Assembly: GCA_003696445.1 (NCBI GenBank)
Contig: RFHE01000038.1
Coordinates: 1-49,533 of the forward strand
From: Calditrichota bacterium
GTDB lineage: Bacteria; Calditrichota; Calditrichia; RBG-13-44-9; J042
Reading direction: 5' to 3'
Length of the DNA: 49,533 nt
Part shown: piece after piece, positions 19,451 to 28,847 of the stretch
Numbering within the stretch: position 1 is the stretch's first letter
Layout of the letters: every line of letters starts with the position of its first letter
The notes under the pieces: model-generated
Database searches by the model: none
What the model was told of the DNA's origin: nothing
The model's input: only the letters and a program-made list of their open reading frames with translations
Made by a program: the position numbers and the translations under genes

Positions 19451-19950
19451 TGCCCTTCCTCTGTGTAACGGGTCAGGCTTTTTTCCTTTTGCTTTGCGCT
19501 GCATGGGCCTGTGCTTTCCGGATGGGTTTAGCACTTGTTTTTTTCCTGCTTGGCAAATTTAGCGGCTGGGCTGGTATCATCATAGTCTTTTTGCTATGGG
19601 TTCAAAGAAGGCCTTCTGTGGGTTCTTCGCCAAACCTGGGGATTATGTGCGGTATTTTTGTGGCGAGTGGCCAGAAAAGACCTTGGTAAAGTTGCAACCA
19701 GTCTGTGAGTTTTTCCGAATTTGGGTGGGATCGGCCCAATCTTCAAAAAGGTTGACCGTGAAAGGATAATTGGTTTATTTTTCGGCTGTAAACTGCAGTC
19801 CGGGGAAAAACATTGCTAAACCGGTGCGATTTTGTTGGTGCTTTGTTTGTCCTGTCTGAGCTGACTTCGCTTTCCCCCTGCAATTGTTTGATCTCAAATC
19901 CATCTTAATATCAGCCGATAAGGTCCAGCAGATTAACTCGGAGGTAAGGA

Positions 19951-22900
19951 ATGGGCGTTCGTTTTTTTTCTCGGTTTATTCTTGCTGTAATGGTTTCGAT
20001 TGTTCTTACCGGTGGGGCTGGTTTGCAGGCAGCAAAGCAGCATTCCGGCCGGCAGGGGGAAACCTTGATTCCCGAAAAGCTGCGCCTAGAAAACCAGCTG
20101 GGCGGCCTGATGCACCACTGGCAGGAACGGTTCGGTACCTATCCGGTACTGCCATTCCCCAGCGAGCGGTTTTATCCTGGCGATCCGGTATCCGCCGCAT
20201 GGCAGTTTCTACAGGAACATTCCTATCTGCTGGGCACTTCGGAGGATTTGGAGCAGGTGCTTTCTCTGGTCACCGTGCGCCACTCAGCAGGCGCTGAGCA
20301 TGTGTGGTTTCAACAACGCTACCGGGAGGTGCCTGTGTTCAGCGGCGAGGTTCGGGTACACCTGCAGAAAGGAAGCGGTCGAGTGCTGATGCTTAGTAAT
20401 CGGTTTTATCCAGATGTGCAGCTCCCTTCCACCCAACCGGCCATTTCAGCCCCGCAGGCGCTTTCCATTTTGAAACGGGAAATTGGCTTCTCCGGCGAGC
20501 CGTTCGATGAAACAGAACACGAGCTAGTGATTTTGCCTCTTGAGGATCGATATGCCTTGGCTTGGCGAGTGGAACTGCCCGCCTCCAAACCTTTTGGAGT
20601 ATGGGAAGGATTTGTGGATGCCCGGAGCGGGCGAATGCTGGCTATCCGGAACAAGGTCTGGGAATCGGCTTCAAAAATTGGCGGCAATAGGGTGCAACGA
20701 GTGGACGGTACAGGCAAAATTTTTAATCCCAATCCGGTGGTGACGCTTCAGGATGTTACCCTGCGGGACATGAATGATTCCGATCTGGCCGTGCCCGATT
20801 CGGCTTACTGGCTGGTCCCCCTGCAGGACATTACCTTCGATCCGGCCGACAGCCTCTTTCATTTGAGCGGTCCGCGGGTCAACATTGTGGACCGGGAAGC
20901 CCCGGCCAACGTACCTGCCACCTCGCCCAATGGTGAGTTTCTGTTCACGCGGCATCCGGATGAGTTCGAAGATGTGATGTGCTACTTTCACATTGATTCG
21001 GCCTACAGTTACATTCAGAACACGCTCGGTCACACCCTCACCGGCACCATTCTGGATGCGCTGGATGTGGATTCCAACGGCTTCAACGGGGACGACAACT
21101 CTCACTTTGTGGGCAGTGCCAATCCCTACATTGCCTTCGGGCACGGCGGGGTGGACGACGCCGAGGATGCGGAAATCATCCTTCATGAGTACGGTCACGC
21201 CGTCCATTTTGCCATCGTGGGTGGCATTGGCAATACCATCGAAAACGGGTCCTTTTCGGAAGGATTCGGGGATATGCTTGGCTACGCGGTTTTTATGGCC
21301 AACGGGGCCAGCGGTGGCTTTAACGATCGTTTTGTGGGCGACTGGGATGCTACCAGTTACAATCCCGGGCCACCTCCTTTCCTGCGCCGGGTGGACGGCC
21401 AGGGCTTCCCCCAGGGCCAACCGTTCACGCCCTCCCGCTGTAATGAAGTGCACGATTGTGGCGAATTCTTCTCCGCCGCTACCTGGGAGATGACCCAGCG
21501 TTTTGGTGCCCAGACCATGCTGCAAGTGGTTATTGGAAGCCTTTATTTTCAAACTCCCAGCGATAATTACAGCGACATCTCGGTGGCCATCGTCATGGCC
21601 GACCTCAGCCTGAATGGGGGTGCCCATGTCAACGACATCATTCAATCCCTGGATCAATGGGGCCTGCTGGATCCCAATTCTCTGTTACCAAGCATGATGC
21701 ATCAACCCCTGCACGATACAGAAGACCCTACTGGACCGTACCCGGTTACAGTGGAGATTGTGCCCAATTTTGCCCCGCTGATTGCCGATTCCATTTTGCT
21801 CCATTACAGTACAGACACCACCTTCAGCACAGTGGTCCCCATGCTGCCCACCGGCCAGCCCAATCAGTACCAGGCGGACATTCCTTCCCAGGGCGGCAAT
21901 GTGCACATCCAGTACTACATTTCAGTCCAGGACAGTTCCGGCCTGCGGGCCACACTGCCGGCTGGCGCCCCGCAGAACTTTTTCGATTTTTTTGTGGGCC
22001 CGGACACCATTGCCCCGGTCATTACCCATTCACCACCGCCTTTTGGAGATGTTCAGGCTTTGCCGTTGTCCATTTCCGCCACCATAACGGACAATCTGGG
22101 CGTAGACAGCGTTTGGGTAACCTACCATGTAAATGGTCTGCCGGATTCCTCCTTTGCCCTTCAACTGGATTCGGCTTCGGTTTATTCGGGCAATTTCCCT
22201 CTGGACTCCGGCCAGGTTCAGGTGGGCGATTCGCTGATTTACACCATTTTTGCTCAGGATGGGGCGCAGGCCCACAACCTGGCTTCGCTCGGACCCGTGG
22301 GACTGGCTTTCACCACCAGCCTCCAGCAATTTCGCCAGGTTAACATTTTTATTCCTGACAACAATGCCACCGGCATCAGGGATACGCTGGAAGTGATTAA
22401 CGAAACCCCGCTGGCCATTGCCGACATGGATTTTCGCTTCAAGGCGACCCATACCTGGTTCGGCGATCTGGTGGTTCGCTTAATCGGACCAAACGGGCAA
22501 CAAGCGACACTGATCGACCGGCCTGGCGTGCCCGCCACCACCTTTGGCAACCCGGGCAACAATCCCGACCTGATTCTGGACGACGAGGCCGAGCAGAGCA
22601 TCGAAACAGTCACTGCAGGAACCTCAGATAACATTGTCGGCACCTTTAAGCCCTTTCCCGATTCTTTAAGTCGATTCGATCTGTTAAATCCGGCCGGTCA
22701 ATGGATTATTCATGTCAGCGATCTGGGTAGCGGGGACCTGGGGCGTTTACGTGAATGGGGCGTCATTTTCCACCTTACCGACGTTCCCACCAGCGTGAAC
22801 TCCGGCAAAACTCCGGCTCAATTACCGGAGCGTTTTGCTCTCCATCCCAATTTTCCCAATCCATTTAATCCTACAACCACCATCGTTTACGACCTGCCTC

Positions 22901-23124
22901 GTACCAGCCAGGTGCGTTTGACCATTTACAATGTGCTCGGGCAGAAGGTGGCGCAATTGGTTTCGGGAAAACTGGCAGCGGGGCGCTACCGCACCGTATG
23001 GGATGGACGCAACCAGGCCGGGCTGCCGGTGAGCAGCGGCATTTACATTATGCGCCTGGAAGCCACGCCGGTTTCCGGCGGGCGGCCTTTTGTGCAGGAT
23101 AGAAAAATTGTTTTAATTAAGTAA
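19951..23124 (+). CDS. Large secreted zinc metalloprotease (thermolysin-clan HExxH...ExxxD) with proprotein-convertase P domain and T9SS CTD
   Basis: Signal peptide, propeptide-like N-terminal region, ILHEYGHAVH followed by SEGFGDMLG, P-domain pattern (HTWFGDLVVRLIGPNGQQATLIDRPG), and a C-terminal FPNPFNPTTTIVYDL...SGIYIMRLEA...KIVLIK. Confidence 0.85.
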   Translation: MGVRFFSRFILAVMVSIVLTGGAGLQAAKQHSGRQGETLIPEKLRLENQLGGLMHHWQERFGTYPVLPFPSERFYPGDPVSAAWQFLQEHSYLLGTSEDLEQVLSLVTVRHSAGAEHVWFQQRYREVPVFSGEVRVHLQKGSGRVLMLSNRFYPDVQLPSTQPAISAPQALSILKREIGFSGEPFDETEHELVILPLEDRYALAWRVELPASKPFGVWEGFVDARSGRMLAIRNKVWESASKIGGNRVQRVDGTGKIFNPNPVVTLQDVTLRDMNDSDLAVPDSAYWLVPLQDITFDPADSLFHLSGPRVNIVDREAPANVPATSPNGEFLFTRHPDEFEDVMCYFHIDSAYSYIQNTLGHTLTGTILDALDVDSNGFNGDDNSHFVGSANPYIAFGHGGVDDAEDAEIILHEYGHAVHFAIVGGIGNTIENGSFSEGFGDMLGYAVFMANGASGGFNDRFVGDWDATSYNPGPPPFLRRVDGQGFPQGQPFTPSRCNEVHDCGEFFSAATWEMTQRFGAQTMLQVVIGSLYFQTPSDNYSDISVAIVMADLSLNGGAHVNDIIQSLDQWGLLDPNSLLPSMMHQPLHDTEDPTGPYPVTVEIVPNFAPLIADSILLHYSTDTTFSTVVPMLPTGQPNQYQADIPSQGGNVHIQYYISVQDSSGLRATLPAGAPQNFFDFFVGPDTIAPVITHSPPPFGDVQALPLSISATITDNLGVDSVWVTYHVNGLPDSSFALQLDSASVYSGNFPLDSGQVQVGDSLIYTIFAQDGAQAHNLASLGPVGLAFTTSLQQFRQVNIFIPDNNATGIRDTLEVINETPLAIADMDFRFKATHTWFGDLVVRLIGPNGQQATLIDRPGVPATTFGNPGNNPDLILDDEAEQSIETVTAGTSDNIVGTFKPFPDSLSRFDLLNPAGQWIIHVSDLGSGDLGRLREWGVIFHLTDVPTSVNSGKTPAQLPERFALHPNFPNPFNPTTTIVYDLPRTSQVRLTIYNVLGQKVAQLVSGKLAAGRYRTVWDGRNQAGLPVSSGIYIMRLEATPVSGGRPFVQDRKIVLIK

Positions 23125-23350
23125 GGTGCTACGTCTGGAGAAGAGGGCTTTACAGTCCCTTTCGTCCTTTAAGGTAGGTCCCTTTCCGGATCTAAAGAAA
23201 TGAGGTATGGGCTGTTGAACAAGGCTACCGGCAGCCCAATACCCCGGCTTGCTCAGCGCAGGAGGTAAACCGCCAAAATATCTTTGATTCCAGGACAAGT
23301 TTCAGTAAAATTAGCTTTTCTGAGCAAGCTAAAAACCCAAGGAAAAGCCC

Positions 23351-24196
23351 ATGTCGCTGCGTTTCACTGAGGAATATCCTGAAATCAACGGCGCGTTTAG
23401 TTTCGAGGTAACCCGGGTACTTTACACGGCGCGGAGCCCCTTCCAGAAAATTGAAATTGTGGAGACCACTCACCTGGGTAAGGTGCTCCTGTTGGACGAT
23501 CTGGTCATGTTCACCGAAAAGGATGAGTTCGTTTATCACGAAATGATCAGTCACGTGCCGCTGTTTGTCCACCCAGAGCCCAAGCGCATCCTGGTGGTTG
23601 GTGGCGGGGATGGAGGAACCGTCCGAGAATGCCTGCGCCATGACACGGTAGAAAGGATTGACCTGGTGGAAATCGACGAGATGGTCAGTCAGGCCTGCAT
23701 TCAATATGTACCTTCGCTGGCTGGCAAGTTGCTCTCGGACAAGGTGAACTGTCGTTTTCTGGATGCAGTGGAATATGTTCGAAAGACCAGTGAAACCTAC
23801 GATGTTATTTTGATTGATTCCACCGACCCGGTGAGCGTAGGGGAGGGGTTGTTCACTCGGGAATTTTATCGGAATTGCTTTAATTGTTTGACCGACCATG
23901 GGGTGTTGGTGGCCCAGAGCGAATCGCCTGCGTGGGCACCTGAACTGGTGCAGAGCATTTCCAGAAAGCTCCGGGCGGTTTTCCCCAATGTGCACTTTTA
24001 TCAGGCTCACATTCCTACCTATCCTTCGGGGCATTGGGCTTTTGCCTTTGCCAGCAAAACCCTGCATCCGTTAAAAGATTACCAGGAAGAACGCTACCGC
24101 AATGCCGGCTTGAGCTTTAAGTATTACAACAGCGATTTGCATTTCGGTGCGTTTGCCCTACCCACCTTTTTTCGGGAGCTGGTCGATGCCGTTTGA
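23351..24196 (+). CDS. speE: Polyamine aminopropyltransferase (spermidine synthase family)
   Basis: VLVVGGGDGGTVRE, DVILIDSTDP, 281 aa. Confidence 0.93.
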   Translation: MSLRFTEEYPEINGAFSFEVTRVLYTARSPFQKIEIVETTHLGKVLLLDDLVMFTEKDEFVYHEMISHVPLFVHPEPKRILVVGGGDGGTVRECLRHDTVERIDLVEIDEMVSQACIQYVPSLAGKLLSDKVNCRFLDAVEYVRKTSETYDVILIDSTDPVSVGEGLFTREFYRNCFNCLTDHGVLVAQSESPAWAPELVQSISRKLRAVFPNVHFYQAHIPTYPSGHWAFAFASKTLHPLKDYQEERYRNAGLSFKYYNSDLHFGAFALPTFFRELVDAV

Positions 24197-25046
24197 GTGG
24201 GTGGTATCGCGAACCCCCTACGAAGGTTGTCAGGCTTCTCTGGAGGAGGCGCGCGTCGTCCTGGTGGGTGCCGGCTACGATGGGACCACCAGTTATCGGC
24301 CGGGTAGTCGCTTTGCCCCCCAGGCCATTCGGGCCGAGGTAGTGTACTCTCAGGAAAATTACAGCCCCTACCTTCACCGCGATTTAACCGACCGGGCCAT
24401 CCACGACCTGGGCGACGTGAACCTGCCTTTCGGTACGCGGGAAGTGGCCCTGGATCGCATTTATCGTACCGCCCGCCAGATCTTCGAGCTGGGCAAAATC
24501 CCCTGTTTCATTGGTGGGGAGCATCTGATTACCCTGCCGATAATCCAGGCTGCGGTTGAGTTTTTTCCCGATTTGGTCATCGTGCAACTGGATGCCCACC
24601 TGGATTTGATGGATGAACTGTTCGGGGAGCGCTATTCCCACGGTACGGTCATGCGGCGCTGTTACGAGCTGCTCTCCGGACGGGATTGCCTCCATCAGGT
24701 AGCGATTCGTAGTGGAAATCGCCTGGAGTACCAATTTGCTGCCGAGCATACCCGCCTGTACGAATTCCACACACGGGATTTTCTCCACCAGATTGAGCAC
24801 TTGAAGAACCGTCCTGTTTATTTGACCGTGGACTTGGATGTTTTTGATCCCTCAATGATTCCCGGCACTGGCACTCCGGAAGCGGGAGGCATTTTTTTCC
24901 CCGAATTTGTTGATTTTCTTCGGGCCATGGATGGCACCAATATTGTGGGGGCGGACCTGGTGGAACTTTCCCCGCAGCTGGATCCTACGACGGTGTCCAC
25001 CATTACTGCAGCTAAAATTTTGCGCGAACTTCTTTTGATTCTCTAA
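24186..25046 (+). CDS. speB: Agmatinase / ureohydrolase family protein
   Basis: Arginase-fold metal ligand motifs GGEH, DAHLDL, VDLDVFDP, plus RPGSRFAPQAIR. The ATG at 24186 overlaps the speE 3' end by 11 nt. Confidence 0.9.
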   Translation: MPFEWVVSRTPYEGCQASLEEARVVLVGAGYDGTTSYRPGSRFAPQAIRAEVVYSQENYSPYLHRDLTDRAIHDLGDVNLPFGTREVALDRIYRTARQIFELGKIPCFIGGEHLITLPIIQAAVEFFPDLVIVQLDAHLDLMDELFGERYSHGTVMRRCYELLSGRDCLHQVAIRSGNRLEYQFAAEHTRLYEFHTRDFLHQIEHLKNRPVYLTVDLDVFDPSMIPGTGTPEAGGIFFPEFVDFLRAMDGTNIVGADLVELSPQLDPTTVSTITAAKILRELLLIL

Positions 25047-25068
25047 CCGGAGTCTTGGGTCGAACCAT

Positions 25069-25089
25069 CCCAACTGCCCGCAAGTTGGG
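25069..25089. terminator. Hairpin between convergent speB and pterin dehydratase stops
   Basis: CCCAACT-gcccgca-AGTTGGG (7 bp stem) sits exactly between the stops at 25046 and 25093. It has no U-tract. Confidence 0.3.
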
Positions 25090-25092
25090 CGA

Positions 25093-25377
25093 TTACCCCT
25101 GTTCCATTACACGATTAATCTTACGTGCCAACTCAAAGTCCTTGCCGGTCAGGCCGCCGGCCGAATGGGTGATCAGCGAAAGCCGAACCCGATTGTACGA
25201 CACAAGAATGTCCGGGTGGTGGTCCATGGCCTCGGCCAGGTCAGCCACCCGATTCACAAATTCCATGGCCTGTTTGAAGTCGGCAAATGCAAATTGCCGG
25301 GTAAGCTGACCTGCTTCCAACCGCCAGCCCGGTGTATTGGCCAGCTCGGTTGCAATCTGGGTTTCGCTCAGCTTCAT
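25093..25377 (-). CDS. 4a-hydroxytetrahydrobiopterin (pterin-4-alpha-carbinolamine) dehydratase
   Basis: 94 aa, with F.F.DF..A..F...VA..AE...HHPD signature. Confidence 0.9.
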   Translation of the reverse strand: MKLSETQIATELANTPGWRLEAGQLTRQFAFADFKQAMEFVNRVADLAEAMDHHPDILVSYNRVRLSLITHSAGGLTGKDFELARKINRVMEQG

Positions 25378-25443
25378 GGTGTGCCTCCTGTCGTTGAACC
25401 TTAGTAAGAAACCATTCGCCTGGGGAAAGGCTCCGGCCGGCCC

Positions 25444-26478
25444 CTAAAACAGGCTTAGCTGTCCGCCCGGCCGGCGAAATTGGGCGCTGGAGAGTTGCAT
25501 GCCCGCCTCGGAGTAACCCAGCTTCTTCCGGGTTACTGTAAAAAGATGAGCCACTTGCTGGGCAAAAATGCCCTCCCCTCGCATCCTGCTGCCAAAGCGA
25601 GGATCGTTGAGCTTGCCACCCCGGATCTGTTCGATTCGGTGCAACACTTTCCCTTTCTTTTCCGGGTAATGTCGCTCCAGCCAGTCCACAAAAAGGGTTT
25701 TCACCTGATGGGGCAGGCGCAGGACAATGTAGCCGGCATACTTGGCCCCTGCCTGGCGAGCCGCCTGGAGGATGGTCGGGAGCTCGTGATCCGTCAGGCC
25801 GGGAATAACCGGGGCTACCAGCACGCCGGTGGGAACCCCAGCGCGGCTCAGCGCTTCGATGGCGGCCAAGCGACGTTCGGGCACCGAAGTGCGTGGCTCC
25901 ATTCGCCCGGCCAACTCGCGGTCCAGCGTGGTAATGGAAACGTAAACGCCGGCCGCCTGAAATTGGGCTAACTCACCGAGCAAATCCACATCCCGGGTCA
26001 CTAGGAAGTTTTTGGTCACAATAATGGTTGGATTCCGGTAGGCCAGCAACACCTCCAGACATTGCCGGGTGATTTTTAACCGGCGTTCTATGGGCTGGTA
26101 AGGATCGGTCACTCCCCCGATGGCGATCGTCTCTCCGTTCCAATCCGGCCGGTGGAGCGCTGCCTTTAAGAGTTGAGCGGCTTCTGTTTTAACGAAAATT
26201 TTGCTCTCGAAATCAAGCCCGCTGGAGAGCCCAAAAAATTCGTGGGTAGGGCGGGCATAGCAGTAAATGCACCCATGCTCGCAGCCCCGATAGGGATTCA
26301 GGCTCCAGCGGAAACCCACATCGGGACTCTCGTTACAGGCCAGTATGGTTCGGGAATTGTCTCGAAAATACCGGGTGGACACAGCCGTCTGTTCGGATTC
26401 GTCCTCCGCCTCTCGAACCAGCTCGATGGGTTCAAAGCGGTTCGGCGGATTGATGAATGTGCCTCGTTTTGGCGTCAT
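25444..26478 (-). CDS. Radical SAM protein, SplB-like / PA0069 family (COG1533-type)
   Basis: The CEHGCIYCYA (CxxxCxxC) cluster lies ~60 aa into the protein, 344 aa from the ATG at 26478 (FINPPNRFEP N-terminus). Confidence 0.8.
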   Translation of the reverse strand: MTPKRGTFINPPNRFEPIELVREAEDESEQTAVSTRYFRDNSRTILACNESPDVGFRWSLNPYRGCEHGCIYCYARPTHEFFGLSSGLDFESKIFVKTEAAQLLKAALHRPDWNGETIAIGGVTDPYQPIERRLKITRQCLEVLLAYRNPTIIVTKNFLVTRDVDLLGELAQFQAAGVYVSITTLDRELAGRMEPRTSVPERRLAAIEALSRAGVPTGVLVAPVIPGLTDHELPTILQAARQAGAKYAGYIVLRLPHQVKTLFVDWLERHYPEKKGKVLHRIEQIRGGKLNDPRFGSRMRGEGIFAQQVAHLFTVTRKKLGYSEAGMQLSSAQFRRPGGQLSLF

Positions 26479-26625
26479 GGTTATTCGAAGGTCCCTTTCC
26501 GGTACCTCGTTTTTTAAAGCGACGGCGCCCGGGCCCCCTGGCTTCGACAAGGAATAGCCAGGTTCTCTAACGCCGATTGCAGAGCTCAGGTTCTTGCTGG
26601 GGTGTTCTGCAACCAACCCCGGGGT

Positions 26626-27165
26626 TTACCCGCCGGGAAAGCCGGGGGCCTGCCTCCGCTGCAGAATCTGGCGCCAATGACGTCGGCAATGGCCGTAAAG
26701 AAAATCCAGCGTCTGAGCCGGCGTCTGATAGCCGACAAAGGGATGCTTGTAAGCCGGAAATCTTCGCTGAGCAGGGGTAAAGGTCTCCAGCACTTGTTGA
26801 AGATTAGCCCGGACTCCTTGCCAGTGTTCCAGTATCTGATCAAGATTGTCGAAACGCCCCGGTGCAACCGCTTGAGATGGAATTTGGGCTTTCAATGGGG
26901 AAGCCAGCCACAGTTTGAGCAGTCCGGTCAGGAGGCCGCTGTACCAGGGGGCTCTCAAATCCGGGGATGCCTGACGTTTCTTTTCCATGTAACGATGGGT
27001 GTAAAATTCGGAGAGAACAATGTGTTCCAGCACTTGCAGAGCAGACCATTTGTCTGGAGCCGGCCGAAAGTGTAACTGCTCTGGCGACCAATTTTGAAGT
27101 ACGCCTTCCATTTCGTGGCGCAGGTTCTCCAGACGATCCCAGCGGGATTGTAAATCTGGAAGCAT
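26626..27165 (-). CDS. DinB family (DinB_2-like four-helix bundle) protein
   Basis: 179 aa with the pattern W..EQL.FRP..DKWSALQVLEHI and C-terminal His residues (YGHCRRH). Confidence 0.7.
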   Translation of the reverse strand: MLPDLQSRWDRLENLRHEMEGVLQNWSPEQLHFRPAPDKWSALQVLEHIVLSEFYTHRYMEKKRQASPDLRAPWYSGLLTGLLKLWLASPLKAQIPSQAVAPGRFDNLDQILEHWQGVRANLQQVLETFTPAQRRFPAYKHPFVGYQTPAQTLDFLYGHCRRHWRQILQRRQAPGFPGG

Positions 27166-27349
27166 GGGTGTTTCCCCGATTGTTTCAGCACCAAGAAATT
27201 AACCGCTGCTTTAGGTTTGAACAAGCCCCCATTCAGCGAGGTCGTCTGGGTTAAATGCAGCGGGCAGTCGGCTCGGCTTGAAGAAAAAATGTGAGCCTCT
27301 TCTTTATTCATTTAAAGTTGGTTAAAATTGCTCGTCTCCAGACCGGGTT

Positions 27350-27528
27350 GTGACCCCGTTCTTTTTCAGGAAAGTTCTGGGGGGCATTGCAGCCGCGTCC
27401 GGAGCGGGAATTCTCATTGGCGGACACGATTTTGGGTGCAGTTCCCGGGTATGCTGGGGGTTTGAAAACATGGCAAAAGGCGTTGCCATCAACATCGATA
27501 TTTTGAGCGGGTTGGGTTCGATGAAGTA
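27350..27528 (+). CDS. Candidate unannotated 59-aa ORF (below the 60-aa track cutoff)
   Basis: A GTG-initiated frame encodes MTPFFFRKVLGGIAAASGAGILIGGHDFGCSSRVCWGFENMAKGVAINIDILSGLGSMK. It has a hydrophobic Gly/Ala segment reminiscent of a signal or Tat-like leader, and by my count about 36 of 58 codons end in G/C. There is no convincing SD. Confidence 0.2.
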
Positions 27529-27720
27529 ACAGGTGGTTGGGTAATTTGCAAGAGGGAAGTCGTCGCCTTTTGCCGAATAAATGCTCCCCAGGCTAAATTT
27601 TTATTTAAAATTGCCGAATTAATAGTTGAATGCGCCCATCGGGTTCAGGCGCAGAAGCATTTCAAAAGGATAAGCAACGCCGGGATGGCGATTGTTTAAA
27701 GGCAACTGAAGACCGGTTCT

Positions 27721-28839
27721 TTGATTTTAAATCGAATTTTTACCTGGTTGAGCGTATTGCTTCTGGCGGGTCCAGGCGTGGCTTGGGCTTACCCCATGCT
27801 TGGTGAACTGGTGCAGGAGGACAGCACAGTGGCGCTGGTGGCCGGGGGTGATGTCATGCTCGGTTCTTGGGCCCAACAGGTTGTGCTGGATAGCGGATTC
27901 GCCTACCCCTTTGTTCGCCTTTTACCCCAACTCTCCCAGGCCGATATTGTTTTCGCCAATCTGGAGGCGCCTTTCGGCGACAGTGGCGAGGCACTGGTGG
28001 AAAAGTCCTACACCTTTCAGGTGATGCCGGCGCTTGCTGCTGCACTGGTGGCCGGGAAAATCAACTTGGTCAGCCTGGCGAACAACCATATCATGGACTT
28101 CGGGATTTCTCATTTGAAAAAAACTGTGCAACTTTTGGATAGCCTGGGCATCCAACACGCTGGTGCAGGCGTTAATCGAATAGAAGCCTGCCGGGAGGCA
28201 GCCTTAGAGGTGAAAGGGATCCGTCTAGCACTGGTAGCCTACAGCTTGACTTTTCCCCAGGAATTCTGGGCGACCGATACCAGTGCCGGAACCTGCTTCC
28301 CCTGGGCACCGGAGGTGTTCGAGCAGGTCAGAAGCCTGAGAAGGCGCTACGATGTGGTGATGGTGTCCTGCCACTGGGGACAGGAGTTGATGGAACTGCC
28401 CAAAAAATACCAAATTGAGCTGGCTCACAGACTTATTGACGCTGGTGCGGATATAATATTGGGACATCATCCTCATGTGGTTCAGGGCATCGAAGTTTAC
28501 CAGGGGCGGCTTATTGCCTATTCATTGGGTAATTTTGTATTTGGTAGCTACAGCGAAAAGGCCCGCGAAGGACTGTTGTTGAAAGTGGTTTGGAGTAAAA
28601 ACGGTATGGAATGGGCGCAGGTGATGCCGATTAACGTTTACAACGCGGAGCGAGAGTTTCAACCAGTGCTACTGAATGGTGAACGGCGCACTGCCTTTTT
28701 GCAGCATTTAAACCAGATTTCTTTGGAACTTAACAACCAGCATCGAGTAATTACTAGCGATGGTCGGGTACGCTTCAATCCAAAATTTCAGCAATATCCA
28801 GAAGAGTCAAAACAAACGGACTATCAACAGGAGGGGTAA
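27721..28839 (+). CDS. CapA family (PGA_cap, metallophosphatase-fold) secreted protein
   Basis: Signal peptide, then [47 protein letters not shown]. Confidence 0.85.
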   Translation: MILNRIFTWLSVLLLAGPGVAWAYPMLGELVQEDSTVALVAGGDVMLGSWAQQVVLDSGFAYPFVRLLPQLSQADIVFANLEAPFGDSGEALVEKSYTFQVMPALAAALVAGKINLVSLANNHIMDFGISHLKKTVQLLDSLGIQHAGAGVNRIEACREAALEVKGIRLALVAYSLTFPQEFWATDTSAGTCFPWAPEVFEQVRSLRRRYDVVMVSCHWGQELMELPKKYQIELAHRLIDAGADIILGHHPHVVQGIEVYQGRLIAYSLGNFVFGSYSEKAREGLLLKVVWSKNGMEWAQVMPINVYNAEREFQPVLLNGERRTAFLQHLNQISLELNNQHRVITSDGRVRFNPKFQQYPEESKQTDYQQEG

Positions 28840-28847
28840 CACTCAAA

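Noticed and set aside
19417-19689. 90-aa hydrophobic ORF upstream of rlmB
   Set aside because: It begins antisense inside the rlmB 5' end, uses many codons that look rare for this genome (ata, cta, aga, agg), has AT-biased third positions and has no SD. It is more likely non-coding promoter DNA.
23225-24067. Long antisense shadow ORFs: 23225-24067, 31246-32259, 20671-21657, 43960-44901, 36776-37645, 41945-42694, 6668-7408, 1838-2539, 635-1201
   Set aside because: Each lies fully inside a gene with strong family motifs on the opposite strand or in another frame. They translate to Arg/Pro/Gly-rich low-complexity sequence with no recognisable motifs, as expected from GC-rich coding DNA.
27570-27619. 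Direct repeat TTGCCGAAT twice, 41 nt apart, upstream of capA. Also several 10-nt perfect palindromes such as GGAATATTCC (6397-6406) and CTCCTAGGAG (about 12225)
   Set aside because: By back-of-envelope estimate, roughly ten such nearby 9-mer repeats and dozens of 10-nt palindromes are expected by chance in 50 kb. There is no supporting context.
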